DNA of 64,000 bases, taken from contig JBKHIT010000016.1 in assembly GCA_046538485.1 (NCBI GenBank), forward strand, positions 18,726 through 82,725, written 5' to 3'. Under the pieces are notes generated by a model that was given only the letters and a program-made list of their open reading frames with translations, was not told the origin of the DNA and ran no database searches. Shown one piece after another: positions 52,290 through 61,653 of the stretch. The position numbers and the translations under genes were made by a program. Position 1 is the first letter of the stretch, and each line of letters opens with the position of its first letter. This stretch comes from Candidatus Brocadiia bacterium (lineage in GTDB: Bacteria; Planctomycetota; Brocadiia; SM23-32).

Positions 52290-52679
52290 TTACTCTTCCG
52301 TTAAACCTTCGTCGAGGGTCTTCCGTGCACAGTCCACCACCTGCTCAACCTGGTCGTCGTTGGCCCACACGCCGAGAACCTTCTCTATACCGAGGTCCGT
52401 GACCGTAATCTGCTCGTAGTTGGAAATCCCCAGCCTCTCGAAGACCTTCGCGGCACAATTCACCGGGCAGCCGGCGATCACCAAATTCCGCTCGGAGTCC
52501 TTCGCCGACTGGACCATGCCCTCTATGTCCGCCCCCATGCCGGTCAGGCAGAACATGCGGCCGGCACCATCCGCCATGAGCCGGCGGTCGGCCCGGTCGG
52601 TGACCTCCCCCACGTTGGCTGCTCCGGCACACGCGGAGATCAGCACATCGCCACTTCCACAACAGGTATCGTCACTCAT
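52290..52679 (-). CDS. DGC-domain putative zinc-binding protein
   Basis: CCG, ACAGAANVG, MFCL, 'IAGCPVNCA' (variant of DGC). Confidence 0.85.
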   Translation of the reverse strand: MSDDTCCGSGDVLISACAGAANVGEVTDRADRRLMADGAGRMFCLTGMGADIEGMVQSAKDSERNLVIAGCPVNCAAKVFERLGISNYEQITVTDLGIEKVLGVWANDDQVEQVVDCARKTLDEGLTEE

Positions 52680-52709
52680 ATTTTCCTCCTTCACGTTAAA
52701 TGCAAACTA

Positions 52710-53522
52710 TCAACTATCATCCGCCACATCTCCTCCGTCCACACCAAGGGCCTGGACGACCTCGACCAGTGCCTCGCGCATATCTTCGTATTCTCCGTCA
52801 AACACCGGCATGCACTCACGCACACTCACTTCTCCAGCATGGACGCGCACGGCGAAAGCAAGGCAAGTCTGCTCCCCGCACCGGCCGCAGTTCGTGCCGG
52901 GCAGGCGCTTGTATACCTCCAGGGCAGGCGGCCTTTCCCTCCGTTCGTAGGAGGGTTCGATTTCGTTCCGCCGCGCCCACGTCTGATTGGCACGACATCT
53001 CAACTCTTCTAAGACGCGCCACGCGTCCACAATCTCGTCGGCCTTGGCCACCGCGATGCGATGCGGATAAACCGAAACCATCCGATAGCCATCCATGAAC
53101 GTGAAGGTTGGACCGTCCACGCTGTAGCTGGCCCCCTTCATCTCCGCGTTCAGGTAAGGGAAGACCTCCGTCATGTCGCCCGATATGTGGGCGATCAGGC
53201 GGATTTTCGTCTCATCCGCCACACAGGGAGCCAGCACCATGATGGCCGTCCGGCCGAAGACGTCCTTATCGAACTGCGGCGGTTCCTGCGTCGGAACCTC
53301 GATCTGCGCGGGCCGGTAATCCACCCAGCCGGCGCAGACCACGTCGCCAAGCGCCTCGATCAGAGCCGTTCGCGTCTTCGCATCCATCGCCACCGCCAGA
53401 TCGCCCACCTTCCGGTAGCCGGGCTCGGGGGAGATAATTTCATAGCTCAGCCCGGCCTCATCCAGGGCTGTTCTCACCTTCTCAGCCTCTTCCGGGCCCG
53501 GAAAAGTTGTCACCACACTCAT
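52710..53522 (-). CDS. Putative Fe-S-binding protein (COG4871-like plus C-terminal FeS domain)
   Basis: 'APCVAD...FPYLNA'; 'LPGTNCGRCGEQTCLAFA...C.P'. Confidence 0.85.
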   Translation of the reverse strand: MSVVTTFPGPEEAEKVRTALDEAGLSYEIISPEPGYRKVGDLAVAMDAKTRTALIEALGDVVCAGWVDYRPAQIEVPTQEPPQFDKDVFGRTAIMVLAPCVADETKIRLIAHISGDMTEVFPYLNAEMKGASYSVDGPTFTFMDGYRMVSVYPHRIAVAKADEIVDAWRVLEELRCRANQTWARRNEIEPSYERRERPPALEVYKRLPGTNCGRCGEQTCLAFAVRVHAGEVSVRECMPVFDGEYEDMREALVEVVQALGVDGGDVADDS

Positions 53523-53540
53523 TCGCGACTCCACGTTGAT

Positions 53541-54842
53541 TCAGGCAAAGAGGTATCCATAAAGCATGCCGCTGAAGGTGGCCATGACGACGACGAGCGA
53601 GACGAAGACCACCGTTTTCTTCGTTCCGATCACGCTACGGATTACCAGCATGTTGGGCAGGCTCAGCGCCGGTCCGGCCAGCAGCAGAGCCAGTGCCGGG
53701 CCCTTGCCCATACCCGCCCCGATGAGACCCTGCAGGATGGGCACCTCGGTGAGGGTGGCAAAATACATGAACGCGCCGGCGATGGAAGCAAAGAAGTTCG
53801 ACAGGAGCGAGTTGCCGCCCACGGCCGTCTCCACCCACCCGGAAGGGATGAGGCCTTCGTGCTCAGGACGTCCCAGCAAGGCGCCGGCGATCAGCACGCC
53901 GATAAACAGCAGCGGCAAAATCTGCTTCGTAAACCCCCACGTCTGCTCCAGCCAGTCCTCACCCTCTCCCTCCGAAGTGCCCAGAATGACAGAGAGGGCC
54001 ACAGCGCCCACAGCAAAGGGCACCATCGGCTCATGCGGGACCAGCGCCGCCGCCACGCCCACCGCAGCGCCACCGACAAGAACCTTCCACCACCTCTGGC
54101 CGAACCACACGATCAGGATCACGGCGAGGCCCACCGCGAATAAACCGGTCAAGATCCATTTCACCTCATGGATCGCCGCCCAGAGCCCGCTCGCTTCGGC
54201 CGGCCGGCCCCAGTTGGCAAAGACCAGCACGCCCACCATCGAGGCGAAATACAGCACGTTCTGCCAGAGGGGACGGCTCACCTCCGGCTCGGGCATGGCC
54301 GCCTGCGCGTTCGCCTTCTCCACCTCCTCCCTGTGGAAGATGAAGTGCATCAGCAGGCCGATCACGATGCTGAAAACGATGGCGCCCACGGCCCGGGCCA
54401 CACCCAGCTCCAGTCCCAGCACCCGCGCGGTCAGCACGATGGCCAGCACGTTGATGGCCGGGCCGCTGTAGAGAAACGCCGTGGCCGGCCCCAGCCCGGC
54501 GCCCATCCTGTAGATGCCGCTGAAAAGAGGCAGAACCGTGCACGAGCAAACCGCCAGAATCGTCCCCGATACCGACGCCACACCGTAGGCCAGGACCTTG
54601 TTCGCCTTCGCCCCGAGATACTTCATCACTGACTCCTGACTGACGAACACGGCGATGGCCCCGGCGATGAAAAAGGCCGGCACCAGGCACAGCAGGACAT
54701 GCTCGCGTGCATACCAGCGGGCCAGCCGCAGCGATTCCTCCACGGCGTTCCAAAACTGTTTCGCTCCCACCGGCAGCCAGAAAAAGGCCGCGAAGACCGC
54801 CACGATCAACAACAGCTTTTTCCATTCATCTTTCAGGTTCAT
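53541..54842 (-). CDS. ArsP/DUF318-family permease
   Basis: EHVLLCLVPAFFIAG, AVCSCTVLP, GPAINV, YFATLTEVP, GPALSLP. Confidence 0.9.
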   Translation of the reverse strand: MNLKDEWKKLLLIVAVFAAFFWLPVGAKQFWNAVEESLRLARWYAREHVLLCLVPAFFIAGAIAVFVSQESVMKYLGAKANKVLAYGVASVSGTILAVCSCTVLPLFSGIYRMGAGLGPATAFLYSGPAINVLAIVLTARVLGLELGVARAVGAIVFSIVIGLLMHFIFHREEVEKANAQAAMPEPEVSRPLWQNVLYFASMVGVLVFANWGRPAEASGLWAAIHEVKWILTGLFAVGLAVILIVWFGQRWWKVLVGGAAVGVAAALVPHEPMVPFAVGAVALSVILGTSEGEGEDWLEQTWGFTKQILPLLFIGVLIAGALLGRPEHEGLIPSGWVETAVGGNSLLSNFFASIAGAFMYFATLTEVPILQGLIGAGMGKGPALALLLAGPALSLPNMLVIRSVIGTKKTVVFVSLVVVMATFSGMLYGYLFA

Positions 54843-54909
54843 GCGCGCACCTTAAAATCCTTGGTCATTCCGCCAAATATCGGCGAAAAAAAAGAGCCGT
54901 GCTGCACAT

Positions 54910-55254
54910 TCACGTCTGAGCCGCCTGCGATTCGTGAGCAGAAAGGGCCTGTTCCTCCTGCTCCTCTCGGACGGCTTCGATACAACTGAACATATTCAAC
55001 ACGCAGGGGACCTTCAGCCGGTAGAAGCGCTGAACCCCTTCCTTCCGGCTATCGACGATGCCGGCCTCTTTCAGCACCGACAGGTGCTTGGAGACCGTAG
55101 AGATGTCGGCTCCGACGAGATCCGTCAGCGTGCAGACGCACCTCTCGCCGCGGGACAGCTCATCCACCATCATCAGGCGGCTGGGATGAGCCAGGGCCTT
55201 GATGATCCGGGCCCGCCTCTCAAACAGTTTCTTCTTTGCCTCGTCGATGGCCAT
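54910..55254 (-). CDS. arsR: ArsR/SmtB repressor (third, distinct)
   Basis: KALAHPSRL, ERCVCTL, STVSKHL, C-terminal 'PCV...C'. Confidence 0.88.
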   Translation of the reverse strand: MAIDEAKKKLFERRARIIKALAHPSRLMMVDELSRGERCVCTLTDLVGADISTVSKHLSVLKEAGIVDSRKEGVQRFYRLKVPCVLNMFSCIEAVREEQEEQALSAHESQAAQT

Positions 55255-55362
55255 GATTTAACCTTCTTGCCCAAATAACCATATCCGGTTATCCGTGATC
55301 AGTAACGGGTATCCACCGCTTACCGATGACCGATCACCGGTTACTCCGCCCGCACTGCACTT

Positions 55363-55398
55363 ATTTGGCCATTATACCAAATGTGCGCTGCCGATCAA
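55363..55398 (-). promoter_or_regulatory. Promoter and operator of the arsR-arsP operon
   Basis: TTGATC-16-TATAAT; perfect IR ATTTGG-CCATTATA-CCAAAT. Confidence 0.7.
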
Positions 55399-55696
55399 GT
55401 CCGTGCAAACAATACGCGGGCAAACTCCGGGGAGACGTTCTTTTGGCTCTTCCGCTTCAGGCGTCCTCATCTTATCGTTTGCGATCTTTCAGCTGTCGGA
55501 AGGGCGTCAATTTGCAAGGTGATCACAAAGCCTTGTGCGGGACACTGCGGTTACATAGTTCATGCTGGTTTCCCACATGTTTCGCACGTTTGTAAGAACC
55601 ATGGTCTGAAGGTATACTTTTTTCCAGATGATCAGCGAGACACGGCAAACCGCTACCTGAGTTCCATTTGTGTGGAAAGTTCCTGAGGTTGTCTGT

Positions 55697-56665
55697 ATGC
55701 GACAATTGCGTGAGCATAAAGGGCTGGGAGAGAACAGGGTTGATCACGAGCAGCGTGAACTGCTCCAGAAGTGTATCGAGAAGGGGGACGCAGCGGAGTG
55801 GAATCAGTGGAGAGAAGAAAATCCCGATGCTAAGATCTGGCTGCAAGGGATTGATTTTAGCCGCATGACCGAAAGGCCTATGTTGCGACGCATCAATATG
55901 CAAGAGGCGAACTTGGCCCGGGCGAAATTGCCGGGAAGCGTTTTGGTCGGCGCCGACCTCCGTGACGCGGTTCTGGTTGGGACAAATCTGCGTAAGGCCG
56001 TACTTGTTAAAGCTGATTTGCGGGGTGCGCATCTGCTGGAATCGGATTTGAGGGGGACGAATCTGCGGCGCGCTGATCTGCGTGAAACGAAATGTGCTTA
56101 TTCCAAGGTTGACAGCGAGACGCTGTTTTTAACAGACCGCGTCGACAAGGAGACCGATTTCACGGGGGTTCCGCTTGGCAGTATGCGCATTGAGCCGGGA
56201 CTGAAGGAGCTGCTCGAATACAACGTAAGACGGGGAAGATGGCAAGAGTGGTACCGAAACCATCCGTGTTTGGCGCCGGGGGCGTGGCTCTTCTGGCTGA
56301 TGTGTGACTATGGGCGTTCTACCTGGCGAGTCCTGATATCTTTCACTGTTCTGGCCATGGGTTTTGCTGTCGCCTACACCCTCTTGCCGGAATCTGTCGT
56401 TGCTATTTGGGCTGAACAACCCGGTGAGTCTCTCGGTTTTGGGTACTCTCTGTACTTCTCTATTGTCACGATGACCACCCTGGGCTTCGGTGACGTGTAT
56501 GCGGCACCTTCGAGCGCCGTCGGCCAATTCTTGTTATCTCTTCAGGTGGTTCTGGGCTATCTCCTACTGGGGACGCTTGTCACAAGGTTTGCTATGTTAT
56601 TCAGCGCAGGCGGCCCCTCGGCCTCCTTTTATCGGAAAAAGGTTGACGGCCAGGATTCGCCATGA
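55697..56665 (+). CDS. Pentapeptide-repeat protein fused to a potassium-channel (Ion_trans_2) domain
   Basis: WNQWR, A(D/N)LxxA repeats, DYGRS, YFSIVTMTTLGFGD. Confidence 0.88.
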   Translation: MRQLREHKGLGENRVDHEQRELLQKCIEKGDAAEWNQWREENPDAKIWLQGIDFSRMTERPMLRRINMQEANLARAKLPGSVLVGADLRDAVLVGTNLRKAVLVKADLRGAHLLESDLRGTNLRRADLRETKCAYSKVDSETLFLTDRVDKETDFTGVPLGSMRIEPGLKELLEYNVRRGRWQEWYRNHPCLAPGAWLFWLMCDYGRSTWRVLISFTVLAMGFAVAYTLLPESVVAIWAEQPGESLGFGYSLYFSIVTMTTLGFGDVYAAPSSAVGQFLLSLQVVLGYLLLGTLVTRFAMLFSAGGPSASFYRKKVDGQDSP

Positions 56666-57101
56666 GAGCAGGGTCCCGGGCTTCTGGAACCTTCATTTTG
56701 AACACTTCGGGTTGGGGAAAGTGCCTTTGGCAATGCCACGAGATTCGTGTTGCGGCAGGATGGACGACATCGCCCTTCAGGTCTGCCTGAACCCGGTCGG
56801 GGATGTGCAGCGAGCCGACGATGACCACATTCGGGCCAGGCTTGAAGATATCTGTGATGCCTGCCGCGGCAAGCCGTTCAGGATATGCGCTGACGGCCTG
56901 CACACGATTGATACGCTCAACCCGTCAGCCTGTAGGTCCTGCGCAATGCCGTGCACAGCGCGAATGTCAGAAAGGAGTCGTCGTCGATTACCTCCGCCTC
57001 TTACGCTCTATCTGAGCCGTCGAAGGGAATTCTGAGTGCCCCGGTCAGGAATTTGCTTGAGGTGTGGGGCCGATCATCTGATACCCGCCGAGGGAACGTC
57101 T

Positions 57102-58520
57102 TCATTGTTTCCGTTCCTCCCGGTGGGCTTCCACCAGGCGGTCCCGTTCCTCTTTGAGCCGTTCACTCAGACCCACTTTGTAGATGTGCGGATTCGTAAA
57201 GCGCTTGTAGTCGGACGGAAGTTGCCCCAGGCGCTTCTTCGAGTAGTCGGCGATCTCCTCGAGTGACTTCCGATCGGCGGTCCGCTCGCCGTCTTTCATC
57301 ACCTGGTGCAGCAGCGGTTCCTTCTCATGTCCGGCGAGAGAAAGCGACTTCAGGGGATCGGACGGGTGGTGCATCTTCTCGACGTCTGTTTCGTCGGCAA
57401 GCGCCACCGCGTCCGCGCCGAAAAAGCTTCCGTCGCCGTTCAGAATCCGGAAGACCTGCTTCAGGTGGGGCAGGCTGATCTTCTCCGTCGTCTCGGAGAG
57501 CTTGATGCGGGGTCTATCATTGGCGAACGCAAGTTTGTAGACGCCGTCCAGTGCGGCGTCGGGCGGGCCGGTCACCAGGCGCGTGCCCACGCCGAAGAGA
57601 TCAATCGGCGCGTCCTGCTGCAGCAGGCTTTCGATCACGTGTTCATCGAGCTGATTGGACGCCGCAATTTTCACGTAGTCCAGCCCGGCCTCATCCAGCA
57701 TCTTCCGCGCTTCTCTGGCCAGGTAGGCCAGGTCGCCGCTATCGAGCCGGATACCGAGCAACCGCTCTCCCCGTTCGGCCATTTCCTTTCCGACCTTGAT
57801 GGCATTGGGGAGGCCGCTGTTGAGCGTATCGTAGGTGTCCACCAGCAAAACGCAGTTCTCCGGCTCGCTTTCGGCGAAATCCCGGAATGCCGTCAGCTCA
57901 TCGTCGTAGCGCTGCACGAACGAATGGGCCATGGTGCCGGCGATTGGCATGCAAAAATCACGTCCGGCTCGCACGTTGCTGGTGCTCTCGAACCCTCCGA
58001 TGATCGCGGCGCGGCTGGCGTAGTAGCCGGCCGGACCGTGCGCGCGACGCAGCCCGAAATCCACCAGCTTGCGGTCCTCTCCTGCCACCAACCGCATCCT
58101 GCTCGCCTTCGTGGCGATAAGCGTCTGGAAATTGAGGGTGTTCAGCAGCAGCGTCTCGATAACCTGCGCCTCGATCAGGCCCGCTTCCACGCTCAACACC
58201 GGTCGGGTCGGGAAAACAACGTCCCCCTCCCGGGAACTGTAGACATCCCCCCGGAAGCGGAAGTCTTCGAGATAGCTCAGGAACTCCTCACTGTATCCCT
58301 GTTCGGTTAGATAGTCGATGTCCTCCCCGTCGAAACAAAGGCCTTCAAGGACTGCCAGCAGATTTTCCAGACCGGCGAAGATGGCGTAGCCGCCTTCGAA
58401 TGGCAAACTGCGGAAAAAGTAGTCGAAGACCGCTCGCTCCTGCCCATACCCCTTTTGGAAGTACACCTGCGCCATGGTGAGTTCGTATTCATCGGTGTAT
58501 GTGCCTGTAAAGTCAATCAT
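57102..58520 (-). CDS. pncB: Nicotinate phosphoribosyltransferase
   Basis: TDEYELTM, DFGLRRAHG, GTMAHS, LVDTYD, RLDSGD, FGVGT. Confidence 0.95.
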   Translation of the reverse strand: MIDFTGTYTDEYELTMAQVYFQKGYGQERAVFDYFFRSLPFEGGYAIFAGLENLLAVLEGLCFDGEDIDYLTEQGYSEEFLSYLEDFRFRGDVYSSREGDVVFPTRPVLSVEAGLIEAQVIETLLLNTLNFQTLIATKASRMRLVAGEDRKLVDFGLRRAHGPAGYYASRAAIIGGFESTSNVRAGRDFCMPIAGTMAHSFVQRYDDELTAFRDFAESEPENCVLLVDTYDTLNSGLPNAIKVGKEMAERGERLLGIRLDSGDLAYLAREARKMLDEAGLDYVKIAASNQLDEHVIESLLQQDAPIDLFGVGTRLVTGPPDAALDGVYKLAFANDRPRIKLSETTEKISLPHLKQVFRILNGDGSFFGADAVALADETDVEKMHHPSDPLKSLSLAGHEKEPLLHQVMKDGERTADRKSLEEIADYSKKRLGQLPSDYKRFTNPHIYKVGLSERLKEERDRLVEAHREERKQ

Positions 58521-58583
58521 GCAATCCTCCGTCCGGTCTGAAAGTATGGCCGCAGCCACACTTTGTTTGTCACCGCTCACCGC

Positions 58584-59138
58584 TCACCGATCCCCCGTTC
58601 CTTCTCCGGTCATTTCCTCCAGGACGTTCTCGTGAATACTCCGAGCTCTCTCACTGAAGAGCACAAAGCGGATGCGTTCCACAGAACGCAGCGCTGGCAG
58701 CGCATCGAGGACGGTCCTGATTGCGATGCGCCCCGCCTCCTCCATGGGATATCCGAAGGCCCCGGTGGATATGGCCGGGAAAGCTACCGAGCTGATCCCG
58801 TTTTCCTCGGCCAGTTGAAGTGCTTCCCGGTAACACGAGGCCAGCAATTCCTCCGAAGGCTCGTCTCTTCCGTAGACCGGGCCGAGACAGTGAATGACGT
58901 ACTGGTTGGGAAGGTTATGTGCTCCGGTGATTACCGCCTCGCCCGGGCGGATTGGGGCCAGCGGGCGACACTCTTCTTCGAGACCGGGCCCGGCGGCCCG
59001 ATGGATGGCTCCGGCCACCCCCCCGCCAACACGCAACTGGGCGTTCGCCGCATTGACGACCGATTCCACGTCCGGTTGATCCGAGATATCTCCCCGAATG
59101 CACTCAACTGTCACGCCATCGATCGTTTTCTCTATCAT
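58584..59138 (-). CDS. Macrodomain O-acetyl-ADP-ribose deacetylase (YmdB-like)
   Basis: GDI, VNAAN, GGGVAGAIHRAAG, FPAISTGAFGYP; GAGGAGG RBS. Confidence 0.92.
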   Translation of the reverse strand: MIEKTIDGVTVECIRGDISDQPDVESVVNAANAQLRVGGGVAGAIHRAAGPGLEEECRPLAPIRPGEAVITGAHNLPNQYVIHCLGPVYGRDEPSEELLASCYREALQLAEENGISSVAFPAISTGAFGYPMEEAGRIAIRTVLDALPALRSVERIRFVLFSERARSIHENVLEEMTGEGTGDR

Positions 59139-59221
59139 GTTGCCCTCCTCTCGTAGGATCCTCAGAGCACTGGCACGGCCGGCCGATAAGCCGTCTATTT
59201 TGCCCTGACACCGTCTGTTCG

Positions 59222-59983
59222 TTACAGCCCTTTGGCCCGCCACATGCCGTGGAACCGGCAGGCGCCCCAGAATAACACCACCGTGAAGCCGACGAGTGCC
59301 AGGATGCTGATCCCAGTGGGAAAATACGGGTCCTGCCCGAAGGCGGTGCGGATGAGATCGCCCGCGTAGGAAAGCGGGGAGATGGGCGAGATCCAGCGGG
59401 CCCACCGCGGCATATCCTCGATCGGCAGAAAAACCCCGCTCACAAACAGTAACGGCAGGCGCACCAGGTTCGAGAGCAGCATGATATTGGAGGGGCTGCT
59501 GGCCGGGGGGGACGCCAGCATAATGCCCAGGGAAGCAAAGCTCAGAGCGCCCAGGACCACACCGGCGATCAGAAGAAGCAGACTACTCACCGCAGCGTCG
59601 GTCAATACCAATCCCAGCACAACGGGAACGACCGATAGGCAGGAGCCGAAGATCAGCCCGCTGACCACGTCCCCGGCCAGGATGGCCCGTAGGGAAATGG
59701 GGGAAGAGATCAGGCGTTCGTAGGTACGAGCCCGCCGCTCCCACGGGGTCACCAGCGGTCCCACCGCGCTGGCGGTGAACCAAAGGGCCATCGCCACCAT
59801 CCCGGGCACAATGTTGTCAGCCGCGATCGGCCGGCCCATCTTGAAGGTGAGAAAGAAAAACACCGGAAACAGCACGCCGAAGATCAGGACCGGCGGTTTC
59901 AGGTAATACAGCAGCGCGTTCTTTTTAGCGATGACATAGGCCCCGCGGACCTGCCGTCGCCAGGTCTGTATGCTCTGGGTCAT
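59222..59983 (-). CDS. ABC-2 type exporter permease
   Basis: YYLKPP, ERLISSP, FVSGVFLP, SPLSY. Confidence 0.9.
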   Translation of the reverse strand: MTQSIQTWRRQVRGAYVIAKKNALLYYLKPPVLIFGVLFPVFFFLTFKMGRPIAADNIVPGMVAMALWFTASAVGPLVTPWERRARTYERLISSPISLRAILAGDVVSGLIFGSCLSVVPVVLGLVLTDAAVSSLLLLIAGVVLGALSFASLGIMLASPPASSPSNIMLLSNLVRLPLLFVSGVFLPIEDMPRWARWISPISPLSYAGDLIRTAFGQDPYFPTGISILALVGFTVVLFWGACRFHGMWRAKGL

Positions 59984-60059
59984 TGACTTTCCTCCGTTTT
60001 CAGTGCCAGAAAAGGCGGGTGGTCGGTGATCGGACCGGTGACAGATCACTGATCACCGG

Positions 60060-61013
60060 TCACCGATCACTTTCGTTTGCTCGCTCGCCGGTCAGGTGCA
60101 GAAAAACATCCTCCAGGGTCGGTTTGCAGGTGGCGATCTCCGCGATTTTCAGTCCCCTTTCGTCGCAGAATTTGGCCAGTTCGGTGGCGGTTCGGCCGGG
60201 CTGCTCGCTATAGAGGCTGTATCCTTCGTCTTCCTCTCGAACCTTCGTCACGCCGTCCACCGATTCCAGTGGGGCCTCTTCCGGAGCGGTTCCCTCAAAG
60301 CTCACCCGCACGTACTGGCTTGATTTCATGGCGTTGCGGAGCTGATCGGGCGTGTCGATGGCGGCGATCTGGCCCTGGTTGATGATAGCGACCCGGTCGC
60401 ACATCTCCTCCGCCTCCGTCATATTGTGGGTGGTCAGGAAAACCGTGAGCCCGCTTTCATTCATGCTGCATACGATCTCGCGGATGAGCCGGGCGCTGTG
60501 GACGTCCAGCCCGCTGGTGGGCTCGTCCAAAAACAGGATCTCCGGCCCGCTCACCAGCGCCGAGCAGAGCATCAGACGCTGCCGCAGGCCCTTCGAGAGG
60601 GCACGCGCCTTCTGCTGTTTTCGGTTTCCCAGCCCCAGACGGTCCAGCAGGCGGTCCCCCTCCTCCCGGCGCTTCGCCCGCGGCACGCCGTGCAGCTCGG
60701 CCATCAGCATAACGTTCCGCCAGACACTGAGGTCCAGGTACACGTTGGCCTCCTCCGGCACGATGCCCAGGTGTTCCCGGGCCCCGAGCGAGTCGGTGCG
60801 TATATCATGATCCTCGATGCGGGCCGTTCCCTCCGTGGGATCAATCACTCCGGTCAGCATACGCACCGTGGTGGTTTTTCCGGCCCCGTTGGGGCCCAGA
60901 AAACCGAATATCTCCCCTTCTGCCACGTCAAACTCCACACCGTTCACGGCCACCAGTTCGCCGAACCGTCGGGTCAATCCTTCAACTTCTATAATCGATG
61001 ACATATCACTCAT
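60060..61013 (-). CDS. ABC exporter ATP-binding subunit (DrrA-like)
   Basis: GPNGAGKTT, LSKGLRQ, FLDEPTSGLD, TTH, LEDVF. Confidence 0.93.
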   Translation of the reverse strand: MSDMSSIIEVEGLTRRFGELVAVNGVEFDVAEGEIFGFLGPNGAGKTTTVRMLTGVIDPTEGTARIEDHDIRTDSLGAREHLGIVPEEANVYLDLSVWRNVMLMAELHGVPRAKRREEGDRLLDRLGLGNRKQQKARALSKGLRQRLMLCSALVSGPEILFLDEPTSGLDVHSARLIREIVCSMNESGLTVFLTTHNMTEAEEMCDRVAIINQGQIAAIDTPDQLRNAMKSSQYVRVSFEGTAPEEAPLESVDGVTKVREEDEGYSLYSEQPGRTATELAKFCDERGLKIAEIATCKPTLEDVFLHLTGERANESDR

Positions 61014-61653
61014 TCTCCTTTGTGAACAGCAACCATATTCCCACGCCCGTATCGGCATCTTCGGGAGGAAGCCCTCCTTCACCGACCACACGAAAATCGC
61101 TCAATTCCGCTTCCCGGGCCCACCCCCGAAAGGTTTCAGGTTTTCGCACCTCCCGGAACTCACGCATGGCCGCAGGGCCTTTCCTGCGCTGCGATTCGCG
61201 TCGGCGGCGAATAAATTCCCGTCGCGCCCACAAAGGATAATCGCGACCGAGACCTCCACCGAGCATCGCCCTGCCCCCGGGACGCAGCACCCGGTGCACC
61301 TCACGTATGCCGGTGGGACGATCCTCCCAGAAAAAGATCGATCCGCGGCTCACCACCAGATCGACCGAACCATCGGCCAGGGGCAGATCTTCCGCGCGGC
61401 CGTGCACGGCCAGCATACCACGATCACATCCACATCGGCGGGCTCTGGAGGTGGCCTCCGCCAGCGCATCCCCGTTCGGATCAATCAGCACCACGAAACT
61501 TTCGGAAAGCTCAGCCAGAGCAAAACCTACCGGCCCCTCCCCACTGCCGAGATCCACCCAGATCCCTTCGTCAGGCCCGCATTTCTCAATCATCTCTTGA
61601 GCGACGCAGACATAATAATCGGGGAGATGTTTTTCGTTTTCTGTATCCAGCAT
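61006..61653 (-). CDS. Class I SAM-dependent methyltransferase
   Basis: VDLGSGEG, AEDLPL, VSRGS, RVLRPGG. TGATG overlap with the upstream permease; alternative start 61665. Confidence 0.9.
   Translation of the reverse strand: MLDTENEKHLPDYYVCVAQEMIEKCGPDEGIWVDLGSGEGPVGFALAELSESFVVLIDPNGDALAEATSRARRCGCDRGMLAVHGRAEDLPLADGSVDLVVSRGSIFFWEDRPTGIREVHRVLRPGGRAMLGGGLGRDYPLWARREFIRRRRESQRRKGPAAMREFREVRKPETFRGWAREAELSDFRVVGEGGLPPEDADTGVGIWLLFTKENE

Noticed and set aside
52710..53522. hgcA or acetyl-CoA-synthase gamma subunit, suggested by the FeS motif
   Set aside because: No corrinoid-binding domain or NVWCAAGK motif; only the small FeS module is shared.
56666..57035. Possible decayed TIM-barrel gene fragment ('IALQVCLNPVGDVQ...')
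   Set aside because: The resemblance is too weak to call without a search.
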